64,000 nt of DNA from Phoronis australis. Lineage: Eukaryota; Animalia; Phoronida. A program made the position numbers and the translations under genes. The notes beneath the pieces were generated by a model, which ran no database searches, was not told the origin of the DNA, and saw nothing but the letters and a program-made list of their open reading frames with translations. The stretch is taken from contig NMRA01000013.1 of NCBI GenBank assembly GCA_002633005.1, positions 1,392,618 to 1,456,617 on the forward strand. Direction: 5' to 3'. Below are positions 39,301 to 50,392 of this stretch, one piece after another (within the stretch, counting starts at the first letter, position 1; each line of letters starts with the position of its first letter).

Positions 39301-42300
39301 TGAATGGCTCAGGATTGTACCACTATTATTTGATTGTCATTTCATATAATATGTGTATCACCGTTATAATGATGACAGGTGAACTTAAAGTAACCTCATT
39401 GAACTGCAGAGGACTGGGTTTCCATGACAAAAACAGTACTCCATTTATTGCCTACAGGACACACTTCACAAAGAGAGAAGAAAACAATGTCAGTTCAATG
39501 TGGGGATATGAATGTTTTTCAGTTCAAATACCTCAAACTCCCGTGGAGTGGCCATGGTCTTTAAGAACACTTTTGAGTATAAATTACATAACATTTTTCA
39601 AGACTACAATCGTATGGCAATAAATTAATTTTGGATATTAATATCAATGAGACAATAATAATGTTAATTAATACGTTATGTCCAAATAGGGACTCACCGT
39701 CTTTTTTTGAAAGAATAAAACAAGACATTCAAGATATAGGCAATTACTCTGTTATTTGGGCAAGCGATTTAAATCTTGCGCTCGATCTAAGGACACACTT
39801 AATTATCGAAAGGCTAACAACCCAAAGTCACGGATTAAGTTGATGGAGAATTGTACAGAATTGTCTATCGCTGATGTGTGGCGGGAACTAAACCCCAATA
39901 GTAAAGAATACACTTGGGTAGCTGGGAGTAAACAATCCAGACTAGATTTTTTCTAATTTCTGAAAGCCTTTTAGCCGATATTGAAGACTCCATAATAGAA
40001 TTTGGTTACCGGTCCGATCATTCAATAGTAACAATTTTTTTAAAGGTGATGGTTCCAGGAGGAGGAAATCATTTTGGAAGTTTAATAACTCTCTCCTAAA
40101 AAAAACTCTTGAGTATATTGCTGCAGTCAAGGATACTATTAAATTAAATAAACAACAGTATATGACGGACGATATTCAGAGAATTAATAGTATAAGTTCA
40201 GATTTTCAATTGTCTATAAATTATCAACTTTTTCTTAAAACTGGAGATTTGCGGCAAAACAATTTCCTTTGCTACTTACTTAAAAAGAAAAAGTGACAAA
40301 GCTGAACAGCAACTTATCGAAGAAATAAGTTTGTTGGTAAAAAGTCTAGGCCTTGATTGGGAACTACTGGAACAAAAAAATAATCGACTTGCCGAGCTAA
40401 GGCAAAATAAGTTAAAGGTGAAGGCAACCTTTTTCCACATCATTTTTAGCTAAAATAAGGGTGGTTGGTTATCCTAGACATATTTTCCACCTTTAAGGGG
40501 TCTTATGATTAGGTCGAGAGCAAGATGGATTGAAGAGGGTGAAAAACCTTCCAAATATTTTCTTCACTTGGAAAATAGGCATTACACAAGTAAGTTGATG
40601 CCTTTTTGTAGAAATCTGACAACACTAAAACCCTTGGTGAAGAAGAGGTTATTCAGGAAACCCAAAATTTTTTATGAAAAGCTATACAAATATAGAGATT
40701 CTAACAATACTGCTTTAGAGACTCTTCTTGATAAGGTTTGTGTCTTCAAACTGAATGAGTCAGAAAAAGAAAAATTAGGTCTTCTTACATATGAAGAAGT
40801 CACACAATGCTTGAAAAAAATGAAAAACAACAAGAGCCCAGGCTCTGATAGTTTTTCAGCGGAATTTTTTCTAAACTTTTTTGGGCTGACATTGTACATT
40901 TCGTTGTTTGCTCACTTAATACTGGTTTTTCAGTTGGCCAGTTATCAACACAGAAAGAGGGAGTGATTACCTGCATCCCTAAGGGAGCAGATAAAAGTAA
41001 ACATTGTTTGAAAAACTGGAGACCCATATACTTACTCAACGTGACATATAAATTGGCTTCTTCAGCTGTGGCTGAACGGTTGAAACCCGTTTTGGGATAA
41101 CTAATCAGTAAGGACCAGACAGGTTTCGTTTCAGGAAGAAATCTGAACGCAAATATCCGCGTGCTATATGAGTTAATGTTTTATGCCCAGGCAGCTGACA
41201 AACCTGGATTGCTTTTACTGATTGATTTTGAGAAAGCATTTGATTCATTGTCGTGGAATTTTATTTAAAAACTTTATCTTTCCTTAATTTTGGTAGGTCT
41301 ATGAGAAGGTGGGTGAAAGTCTTTTACAGTAATGTTAAATTCTGTGTTGTCGTAAATGGTTACGCATCTTCCTGGTTCAATATTTCGCGTGGCTGCAGAC
41401 AAGGTGACCCTTTGTCTCCCTACATTTTCATACTGTGCGCAGAGATTTTGGCGTATTTAATTAAGAATAATGAAAATATTCCTGGTGTAGTTGCAGGAAA
41501 TAAGGAATATTTGATTTCACAATATGCGGACGACACATCAATTACGTTGAATGGGTCGAATTTGTCATTGACTACCACATTGAATGTACTTCATTTGTTT
41601 GCTAGTGTCTCCAAGTGAAGGTGGATAAAACAAAAGCAATATGGTTTGGAAGTAAAACTGGTAGTGATGACGTGATTCCTACAAAACAAAGTCTGTCTTG
41701 GACAAAAAAATCTTTTAGATTTTGGGAGTGGATTTTGACACTCAATTGGATAGTATGACGCATAAGAACTTCACTGTAAGAATAACTAAGATTAAGCTTT
41801 TATTGAAAAGTTAGAGTCAACGAAATTTAACGCCGTTTGGTAGAGTAATGGTAATTAAAACATTAGCTATTTCTGAACTTAATTTTTTTGTTGTCAAGTT
41901 TACCAAATCCACCACTAAAAATCTTGAAGGAATTGAATATGACGTTTTTTAGATTTGTGTGGCAGACTCGTCATGGTGAAATTAATCGAACCACGGCCTG
42001 TTTAGGACTTGATCAAGGGGGACTTCAAATGATTAATGTGCCAAATGGAAAATTTCGTTGTTCCCGTTAACTATATGTAGAAGTTATATACTTTGAACGA
42101 GATACGAGAATGGTCTTTCCTGAGGTGTGCATGTGTGAATGAATGGATGTACTTTTTTATTATCATTTATAAAACAGTACAAAAAATATAAAACACAAAA
42201 ATTACCAGAAAATTTCAATAAGAGATTCAAAAAATTTGAAACAGAGAAATCCGATGAATGACAATTGAAAACAACTTGTGATTGCGTGCATATACTGCGT

Positions 42301-45300
42301 AGCTAATGAGTTGTTTTGGTAATCATTTTGGAAAATGTCATATTCGTACAACCAGCGGAGGGTGCTGTAAAGAAGATTGTTTGCCATATAGGTTGTTAGC
42401 CCTTAAGACAAGATATCAACAAAAGAATCTTCTGGCATCAGGTAATGTCAGCCAAAAGCCTAACTCGCAATTCAAGATTTTTCGTACATCACTTTTCACT
42501 TTTTTCTTATTGGAGTCCAGTTGCAATGTATATACAGAGCAAACAAATCATTCAGAGCCTTCAATGCCTTGACGTTGAAGTTGAAAAAGGCATCATTCCT
42601 TTCTAAATTACATCTACAAATAATAGGAACATAACGATCATACATTCCTCTCGAGATGAGAAAAATTTCAACTCTCACAGGGGGAGGCATTTCACCCGTT
42701 GAATAGAAAAAAATCCCCTATCACTCAGCAGATGTAGACACAGATATTTTAAAGTTAGAGAAGGCTCGAATCAGCCTCATTCAACAGTCACATACCTGTC
42801 TTCAGAAGATTCATCAGAGTTACACCACTTAATAAATGAACGCAAAAGTCCAGCGATACGCCGGTCATCCATTCCTCCATCACCTTCAATCAACAACCTG
42901 CGACGTATGATTTCATCTACAAAACAAGATCAACACATCATGAACTGGTGTAGTGTTGGTCTACAGGACACGATGAAGACATCATCAACTGAGACGTGTT
43001 GGTCTTCAAGACGAGATAAACACATCATGAACTGGTGTAGTGTTGGTCTACAAGACAAGATAAACACATCATGAACTGGTGAAGTGTTGGTCTACAAGAT
43101 AAACACATCATGAACAAGTGAAGTGTTGGTCTACAAGACAAGATAAACACATCATGAACTGATAGGTGCTGGTCTTCAAGACAAAATCAACAAATCATGA
43201 ACTGGTGAAGGGTTGGTCTTCAAGACAAGATAAACACATGATGAACTGGTGACCTGTTGGTTTACAAGACAAGACTGATAAACATATCATGAACTGGTAA
43301 AGTGTTAGTCTACAAGATAAACACATCATAAACTGGTGAAGTGCTGGTCTACAAGAAAAGATCAACACCAGCTCATCATGTGGACAAGCAGATTGACAAA
43401 CCAGCTCGAACTAAAATTGATAAAAATATGTGGGCAATAATAATATAACACATGATAATATGGCTTGTACTATATAATTAGACAATTTTATTGATTAAAA
43501 TTTTGAAATTATAGCAACATCTCATCTATTTCAGACAAAAACTAATTGCCAAAATATTTTTGAGACGGGATGGAGCCCATATTGAGGCTCACTTTCGAGG
43601 GATCAAGAACCCTACGAATCTTTGCCTGACCAAGATAAAATAAGAAGCTTAATAAATAAATGAAAGCGCTCCGAGGAGCGAAACTTGGCGAAATTAACCA
43701 AAAAGATGACGATAAAGATGATGACGAAAATGACGAATATGACGAGTGTGGCGAGGATGAACAAAAGAAGTAATATTAACATACACATGACGAACGTAGA
43801 AGTCCGAAATCAATAAGAAAAAGGCTAGTCTTGAGCGACACTTGGCGAAATTAAGGAAAAGACAACGACGGAGATGATGACGAAGATGATGACGAATATG
43901 ATGATGGTGGTGGCGATGATGAACAACATCACAACATTCTTATGACGAACTTAGATGTCATAAATCAATAAGAAATAGGCTACAGTCTAGTTCAATAGAA
44001 GACAAACCAAAATCAATGCAGCAAGAGCGCTCAACAAAGGAACAGCGTTATCAGAAAATCTCAAATAACTCGAAAAGTAGATGTCCTAGCGAAAAATGGA
44101 AAACATCTTCTGAAAGCCCGTTCAAAATTCTATCTAAATTGATGGTATCGCCTAATTGTGTAAATTTTTCGAAAAAAATGAAATTTTGCGTTTTTTTAAG
44201 AAATTCAAAGTCAAATAACTCGAAAACGGTAAGTCTGAGAAAAAAATTGTTACAGTTCATTTGAAAGAGTATACCTTAGGGAATCCACATGCAAAAATGC
44301 ACGTCATTTTCTTCTCTCGTTTAAATGGCACCTAAGTACGACTGAAAATGGGTCAACATGTGCCAGAACCGCCATCTTGAAAGCAACTTCCGTTGTTTGG
44401 CTTTGTATAATAACATGCCATAAGAAACTAATACTGTATTCGCCGTAATAACCGCCCAGGGCGCTTAGAAAAGTTCGGTTCAGGGGGCGCTTATCATAAC
44501 CCAAGGCGGTTGAAACCCGGTCTCCGAAACGGGTGAAATCGGAAGCTAAGATTCATCAAATTTACGTTCTGTGACGTATCTGTAATCTATGAGACTTCCA
44601 ACAAAACTGTGGTGCATAGCTATCAAACTTTGCTGCTAAATTACGATCATTTTACAGAAAATTGTGCTGAAATCCCAGGGCGAAAACTCGCCGACTGACT
44701 GCCTCAAAATCGCCGTCTTCGATATAGCGACTTCAATGCTTGTATAAAAACAGTTTCGACTCAAGCAAATTACCTGAAATCCTCATTAAGTTTTCTAAGT
44801 AGCGTCCCTAAGACTTTTTTTAAGTTCCCGTGGAGTCTGGATTTACGGCAGTTTTAAGTACAAATCTGCGCAACATCGTGCCATCTACATGTATGATCGG
44901 CAACACGGCGAGAAAAATGTCTGGACGAACACACACGTTGTTGTCATGTGACGTTTGTTTTGAAGTTCGTCTGCGAGTAAGCGAGCGCATGCGTGTAACC
45001 AGAGTTCATTTGCCAAAGCAGAGACCGTCTTTTGGCCAGAGCCACGCAATCTAACGAGCTAGATGTGCATTGCGTCTAAAGAAATTTGCACAAGCAGTAG
45101 GCCACTGTACACCAGAGGGTGTTTCATTCAGCACTTGCCGGTCTCGAGCTAAAAACGTTCGACATTTGTCTCGGTAAGGCCCATATTAGTCGCCGTGTAG
45201 CTGGATGCGTATGTAACTATTTAACAGTTATTTTTCGGTGTAAGGGTGTGTAAGCATTCACTGTCAGTTGTCATTTTATCGGATATTCGGCTTAAAAACA

Positions 45301-48300
45301 CCAATTATGGTTAATCAAACAATCCATCTAAAAAATAACGCAAACATGTTTTATAGTATTAGAAATTGTCGGAAATTAGGGCCAATATTCATTTCTTACC
45401 GATGCTATGCTACCCGTTTCATGAATGGATAGTTCCCGACTAATGTCTTTGATGACAGCTAGGTTCATNCCACATATTAGTTGCGGAACAAGAAATACTA
45501 GCTGTCACTCTTTAACATCACGTGGGTACAGGTTTGATTACAGCCTTCGAGCTAGCTGCATGAAGACTAATGTCACAATATAGCTGGGAACCACTGTGTA
45601 TTAACTTCACATACACCTTGGAACTTCACAACATCCAGGTAGTTCTGCTCGTCACCTCCTTGTCAAACTTGTATCAACATGTGACAAGTGACGGGGGTGC
45701 ATGCGAAATCTGGGAGTCAACAGATACTCATCTTGCCAAGTAAAGCCACTTCATTAAAAAGCAACCTAATAAACATCAGTTTTGTAATGCTCAAAGAAAA
45801 GTCTGTCGCCAATCTGAAAACAGTGCACTTGTGACAGGTGATTTACTAAATTTTTGCAACATTTTTCAGGAGATAATGACAGCTTCACTGAACCAAACTG
45901 AGATGGGAATAGGGCCAGTAATCGACCCCAGTATTGAGGGATCAAGAGCCCTGGACTGTAACAGAGAATTCAGTCTTCAATTTGCTGACAGAATGGATGA
46001 CTACTTGGTATTCAGACAAAAAATATTGATTGCAAGAGTAGTTGTTCAAGTCGGAAGGATTTGAAGACTCCAACTGGCTCCAAAGATGTCCATATACACT
46101 CAAAAGGTGCACATAGTAATGCAACTTCGTTACATAGCCAGAGTTAAGCGTAATTTGCACAAAATCTTCCAAGGCACAGTTTTGCGTTACTTCAGTCTAG
46201 CGTATGAAAATGACAAAACCTAAAAGAAGACTTCCATGTGGCTCAAAATGGCCCACAAGCCACTTCTACAAGAGGAGAATTACAAAAAGCCGTGCGGTGG
46301 AGCATAGAAACATACAGATGTCTTTTCACTGATGAACTTGCTGTGCACTTCTCTCAAAAGGAGTTTCAAGCAGACCACGGTTGAACAGCTAGCTCACCAC
46401 GATCATTCACTGAGGTCAACAACACCGTCAGCTAAGAACATTTAAGCATTGCTCTTCTGGTCTATTCACTGAGGTGGAAGGACTGACTGGCCAAATCTGA
46501 GCATGTGTGAAACAATACACTGTTATGAGAAACACATTGTTTAGCTAAACCCTTGTGCCAGAATTCAGTGGGCTAGGTGGTACAATATGGGAACCTGTTC
46601 CTAACAAACATTCCTTCACTCACTATAACTTGTTAGTAGTGCTGGCAGTAGCTAGTTTTGTAAGTTTTTCCCCCAATGGATGTTTTCTAACAACTCCATT
46701 GTTCTGTGTTTGTGCAAAAATGAACCATAGTCTTGGTGTTGTCTTCGTAAGTCAAGCAATGGTACCTGCTTATATGTGAAAGCATAAAATAATAAAAAGC
46801 AGTGCAGTAAATAAACATCTCAAAAATTACTCTCTCAGAAAATAACACTGCGAAATTTTCCCTTTTAGAGGGTACAAGCAACTGTCACTCAGGTGAAAGA
46901 GGGCCTATTTGGAAAGACGGGTCCCTCTTCAAAATGGCTGCCGAGCACCGACTTTCACTGAATAACGGTAATGGTCGTTATTCAGTGAAAACTGGTTCTC
47001 GGCACCAATGTTGAGGAGGACCCGTCTATTCCAATATTCGACTTTACTTTTATCTTTCAATATCAGTTTGCAAGTTCTTCAGTTTTCGATTAAGAGAATT
47101 AACACTCAGTAGACACCAAAAACTCCTCCCTGTCCATTACCAGCAGCATGAATACAACAGCAAAACTCGCACAGTGACATTAACAAAAGTCAAAAGCTGA
47201 AGAGCCTCAGTCGCAACGGCACATTGCACTAGACAGTGACCACCGGCTCTAGCTGGCTCAATAGAGACAGTGTAGCTCATATAGGCACTTGATACACCAG
47301 AAGCTTTTCAGCGAATTATTCCTCACACCGTCTAAAGCATCAGAGTCACGTTGTTATAAATACTTTATGCGCATAGACAGACACCTAAGAAGGCCGTCGA
47401 TGTCCAATTCCTTCCAACTCGAACAAATACTCCCACTATCAAACTTCGCAGTCCCTCGTTCAGTTCCAAAAATCGCTAATTGGCCATTTTTACACACGCA
47501 AGGAGGTATGATGTCATACCACCTGCAATGTGTAGAGTTTAAAATAGCCAGTTACTGATTTTAGGAACTGAACTAAGAAAAGGTTTGATAACGGGAATAT
47601 TTGTTTGAGTTGGAAGGAATTAAATAGTTACATCGATGGTCTCCCTCTATGCGCATAAGGTATTTATAATCATGTGACTGATGTTTTAATAGGTGTGAAG
47701 CTTTCGGCGTATGAAACACCTACAGGTGCTACACCGCCTCTATTGAGCCAGCCAGAGACGGTGGTCCCTATCTAATGTCGCACTAGACAGTGACTACTGG
47801 TGCCAGTAGAGACTGGAGCTCCTATAGGAGCTTCAGACATCGGAAGCTTTTCGGCGACTTATGCCTCGCACTGTCTAAAACATCAAAGTCATGTTGTTAT
47901 AAATACCTTTTGCACATGGACGGACACCTTAGGAGGTTGTGAATGTATTTATTCCTTCCAACTCCAACAAATGTTCCTATTATCAAACTTTTTCTTCAAG
48001 CAGCCCCTCAGTTGGCCGGTTAGGGCTACAATACTTCCCATTGCTTTCTGCACTAATTTTGTCCCGTGTATATTAAACGGGCGGTAGGCGAAATCCGTTC
48101 ACCGATTAAGAGTTCTCAGATCGTCAAAAATACATTCTACACTTACAACTATCTTTTAAAAAGGAGCTTACTTTCTTCAGTGATCGTTTCTGCTTCTACA
48201 CATCTCCGATGAAGCATAGCTATGAGAATTGAGGTGACTTTGGACAAGAATTCCAACTCCACTTTTTTGGTCACCATTAACTTTTTCACCATGCGTGTGA

Positions 48301-50031
48301 TAACCACAAAATAATTGAACTGAGTCACACGAATTAGGCAAAGGTTAGCGCAAGACTGAATGAAGAGCATGACGTGACGCGTGACACTTGCAAAAGAGCA
48401 TGGGAAGATATCAGGTGAAATTTGATGATTTGTGTCCTTTGGACTTTTTCTTCGTCAACAGGTGTAATTTCACGGAACTTCCTCAAAATGGCACCCGGTC
48501 AGCAAAACTCGAGCAAACAGCGACAGATTTTAATGGATATGTTCAAGTTATGTTTCACTAAATTGTATCCTGAGTCGTGGTATGTGTTAATTATAACTCA
48601 ACATTATATATACATGTTTTATATGATTTTATTTCTGTATCTTGATATGAGTAATTTTTTATGCGGATGTACTATCGCCCCTGTATGCCTGCAGCATTCA
48701 GCCTTGCAGGGCGATGCAATTACCCATCACTCGTTCAGTTTCCAAAATCAGTAACTCACCCTTTTTAACACTGCGCATGACAGGTGGTATGTCATATCCC
48801 CTGGCGTGTGCAGGGTGAAAATGGCGAGTTACCAATTTTGGGAACTGAATGAGGGACTGCTCGAAGAAAAAGTTCGATAACGGGGGTTTGTCAGGACTTT
48901 GTTTGAGTTGGAAGCAATTAAATACATCTAAGGTGTCCCTCTATGCGCAATTGGCATGACTTTGATGTTTTAATCACTGTGAGGATAGGGACGTGACAAA
49001 AAAATTCAAATTCTTATTTAATATTTAAAAATGCATTGATTTAAAAAAACATCCAAAACAGATTCAAACAAAAAAAAAATTAACAAATTCCGTTGAGCCG
49101 TTGACTTTTTATGAACGTTTGAAGAGCGATAATTAGCCCTTTATTTTAGTCCACTGAATACATGTAAATGAATGGGTGTATATGTGACCCAAAATTAGTT
49201 TTTTCACAATAACTTCCTCAATACTTTTAATAACAACGTGAAAATTTCAGGATATGACATTTACTTAGTGAGAGACATTTTTAAGACAACAAAAAATTCC
49301 AAATTCCAAAATGGCGGACAATATGGCCACCATTACGACTGCAAAAACGTCTTATTTTACGTNCGATGCAATTACCCATCACTCGTTCAGTTTCCAAAAT
49401 CAGTAACTCACCCTTTTTAACACTGCGCATGACAGGTGGTATGATGTCATATCCCCTGGCGTGCGCAGGGTGAAAATGGCGAGTTACCAATTTTGGGAAC
49501 TGAATGAGGGACTGCTCGAAGAAAAAGTTCGATAACGGGGGTTTGTCAGGACTTTGTTTGAGTTGGAAGCAATTAAATACACCTAAGGTGTCCTTCTATG
49601 CGCAATTGGCATGACTTTGATGTTTTAATCACTGTGAGGCATAAATTGCCGAAAAGCTTCCGGCGTATGAAGCGTTTATAGGAGCTCCACTGATGGTCAC
49701 TGTCTAAACTCTAGTCTAAGTCTAATCACAGGCACCTTTAAGTAGCCCTCTACAATACAACATATCTTTATTATGTTATATTGTAGAGGGCTACTAAAAG
49801 GTGACTGTGGAGTGTGGTCTAATGTCGCGTGGTCGTCGTCGATCCATGACCACGTTTCCATCCATTTTGTTTTAGGGGTTTATAAATAAATCTGTATATT
49901 GTGGAGCTTTCGGCATGAAAAGTGTGTGAAAGCACTACGTGGGTTTTTAAAACATTGGTTTTTAGCTGGTACTGCCTAATTTGACAGTTTGAGCTAGCAT
50001 TCATTTCAAACCTACCGTCTGCCACAGCCAT
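30269..50031 (-). CDS. THOC7: THO complex subunit 7, complete; exons (5' to 3') 50016-50031, 42796-42916, 36519-36646, 35548-35634, 33745-33802, 33170-33236, 31762-31831, 30269-30309; 588 nt = 195 aa
   Basis: The spliced product is MAVADDEIIRRRLLIEGDGGMDDRRIAGLLRSFIKWCNS...YQKMVAQLAQCE...EAKRVRHNRQEYDALAKVIQQHPDRKET...LDLRRKQFHVLISAIHEMQRILD...MDVS*. It closely matches THOC7, and all phases are consistent. Confidence 0.96.
31762..31831 (-). CDS. THOC7: THOC7 exon 7
   Basis: LDLRRKQFHVLISAIHEMQRILD. Confidence 0.95.
31912..32677. mobile_element. MITE with ~26 bp TIRs and TTAA flanks (Kolobok- or Harbinger-type)
   Basis: TTAA|GAGCAATTCCATATAAAAACCAGATG ... CATATGGTTTTTATATGGAATCATTC|TTAA; contains an N gap. 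Confidence 0.75.
33170..33236 (-). CDS. THOC7: THOC7 exon 6
   Basis: KLEALDEELKELRESKTSIEEK. Confidence 0.93.
33745..33802 (-). CDS. THOC7: THOC7 exon 5
   Basis: EYDALAKVIQQHPDRKETM. Confidence 0.95.
35038..35126 (+). mobile_element. tRNA-derived SINE head (truncated)
   Basis: A-box-like gcggcctagtgg, B-box ggttcaagtccc, followed by gacccttgag; no convincing acceptor stem. Confidence 0.65.
35138..35389. mobile_element. hAT-like MITE (CAGGGCTTGGAAT family)
   Basis: Reverse complement of 58409-58656; CAGGG terminus; no clear 8-bp TSD. Confidence 0.7.
35548..35634 (-). CDS. THOC7: THOC7 exon 4
   Basis: EQRIKDAYEKINQCKAELQEAKRVRHNRQ. Confidence 0.94.
36519..36646 (-). CDS. THOC7: THOC7 exon 3
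   Basis: SIATYQKMVAQLAQCEQAMVKSSQVYRMNLHEQENYGDLNSKI. Confidence 0.94.
37666..38392 (+). pseudogene. LINE ORF1 (coiled coil + RRM + CTD), frameshifted
   Basis: LDELEQCGRRNCVVISGI, DVCRSHRLGK, IYVNENLTKKRAQL, CWTYDGRIY. Confidence 0.85.
39370..42060 (+). pseudogene. LINE ORF2 (AP endonuclease + reverse transcriptase), disrupted
   Basis: SLNCRGL, DVWRELNP, QSRLDFF, IRSRARWIEEGEKPSKYF, NNKSPGSD, WRPIYLLNV, IDFEKAFDS, GCRQGDPLSPYIFILCAEIL, QYADDT. Confidence 0.92.
40416..40492. mobile_element. 77-bp TTAA-flanked mini-element (Kolobok-type ends) inserted in LINE ORF2
   Basis: TTAA|AGGTG...CACCT|TTAA; removal restores LRQNKLRGLMIRSRARW in frame. Confidence 0.85.
42796..42916 (-). CDS. THOC7: THOC7 exon 2
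   Basis: DEIIRRRLLIEGDGGMDDRRIAGLLRSFIKWCNSDESSED. Confidence 0.96.
42917..43368. repeat. Minisatellite, ~10.5 units of 39-48 bp (mode 44)
   Basis: Consensus ctacaagacaagataaacacatcatgaactggtgaagtgttggt. Confidence 0.95.
43640..44335. repeat. Dispersed repeat with two internal ~160-bp GAY/GAA-triplet-rich subrepeats
   Basis: cttggcgaaattaa...gatgatgacgaa...atgacgaac..aaatcaataagaaa occurs twice; a matching fragment lies at 400-500. Confidence 0.7.
44434..45468. mobile_element. Second copy of the Tc1/pogo-type non-autonomous element, cut by an assembly gap
   Basis: Highly similar to 3753-4770 in the same orientation; ends at N45469. Confidence 0.9.
46904..47035. repeat. Hairpin element (~130 bp)
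   Basis: ttggaaagacgggtcc...tttcactgaataacg / cgttattcagtgaaa...ggacccgtctattccaa. Confidence 0.8.
47230..47774. mobile_element. Foldback MITE with long imperfect TIRs
   Basis: tagacagtgaccaccg...ctggctcaatagag / ctctattgagccag...cggtggtccctatcta. Confidence 0.8.
47784..49706. mobile_element. Second, interrupted member of the same foldback family
   Basis: Starts tagacagtgac...ggagctcctata and ends tataggagctcc...gtcactgtcta; contains nested insertions and an N gap. Confidence 0.65.
49727..49809. repeat. Near-perfect 83-bp palindrome
   Basis: cacaggcacctttaagtagccctctacaata.aacata / tatgttatattgtagagggctactaaaaggtgactgtg. Confidence 0.9.
50016..50031 (-). CDS. THOC7: THOC7 exon 1 (coding part)
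   Basis: aaaATGGCTGTGGCAGACG|gtagg; phase 1 joins exon 2 to give MAVADDEII. Confidence 0.85.
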
Positions 50032-50310
50032 TTTTCCAAATATGGGTCAGAAGGCTGCTGTGGATCATATAAAATACACAGAATCAAAAGGTCTAAACAG
50101 CTTTATTTGTATATCGAATAAAGTTTTATTTGCACGAAAAGGCGATTGTGATGGCTGATTTTTATTTCTAGAAAAACTTATTCATAAAAGTTTAGTATTT
50201 GTTATTGAAAATGCGACATGAAACTGATCCGAGGCTACGGAAAACCCCGAACCTGACGTCAGATTCGACATAATTCGCCCTCCCAAAAGCAACAAGATCT
50301 TGGTAGAAAA
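50032..50310. promoter_or_regulatory. Putative bidirectional promoter/5' UTRs shared by THOC7 and the ATXN7-family gene
   Basis: 279 bp between divergent ATGs. A perfect CRE palindrome TGACGTCA lies at 50254-50261, and both ATGs sit in an AAAATGGC (YY1-like/Kozak) context. Confidence 0.75.
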
Positions 50311-50392
50311 ATGGCGACCCTGGACTGGAGTCCGTCGCTGTTTGAAGGCCAAAGTTGGACAGCATGGGAGGATAAAGTCAAATTGTCTCAAG
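50311..50392 (+). CDS. ATXN7: ATXN7-family exon 1
   Basis: MATLDWSPSLFEGQSWTAWEDKVKLSQ|gtttg. Confidence 0.88.

Larger units (their letters stand above)
37430..42620 (+). mobile_element. Degenerate L1/Tx1-clade LINE, antisense in THOC7 intron 2 (ends approximate)
   Basis: ORF1 pieces at 37666-38392 and ORF2 pieces at 39370-42060; possible C-terminal remnant to ~42620. Confidence 0.88.

Noticed and set aside
42917-43368. CRISPR-like array
   Set aside because: There are no unique spacers, the whole unit repeats, the context is a eukaryotic intron, and no cas genes are present.
43700-43930. Acidic Asp/Glu-rich coding exon
   Set aside because: The GAY/GAA triplet runs are internal to a dispersed repeat also found at 400-500, and stops flank them.
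45470-46500. Possible decayed coding sequence in THOC7 intron 1
   Set aside because: Only short ORFs, and no motif I can identify with confidence.
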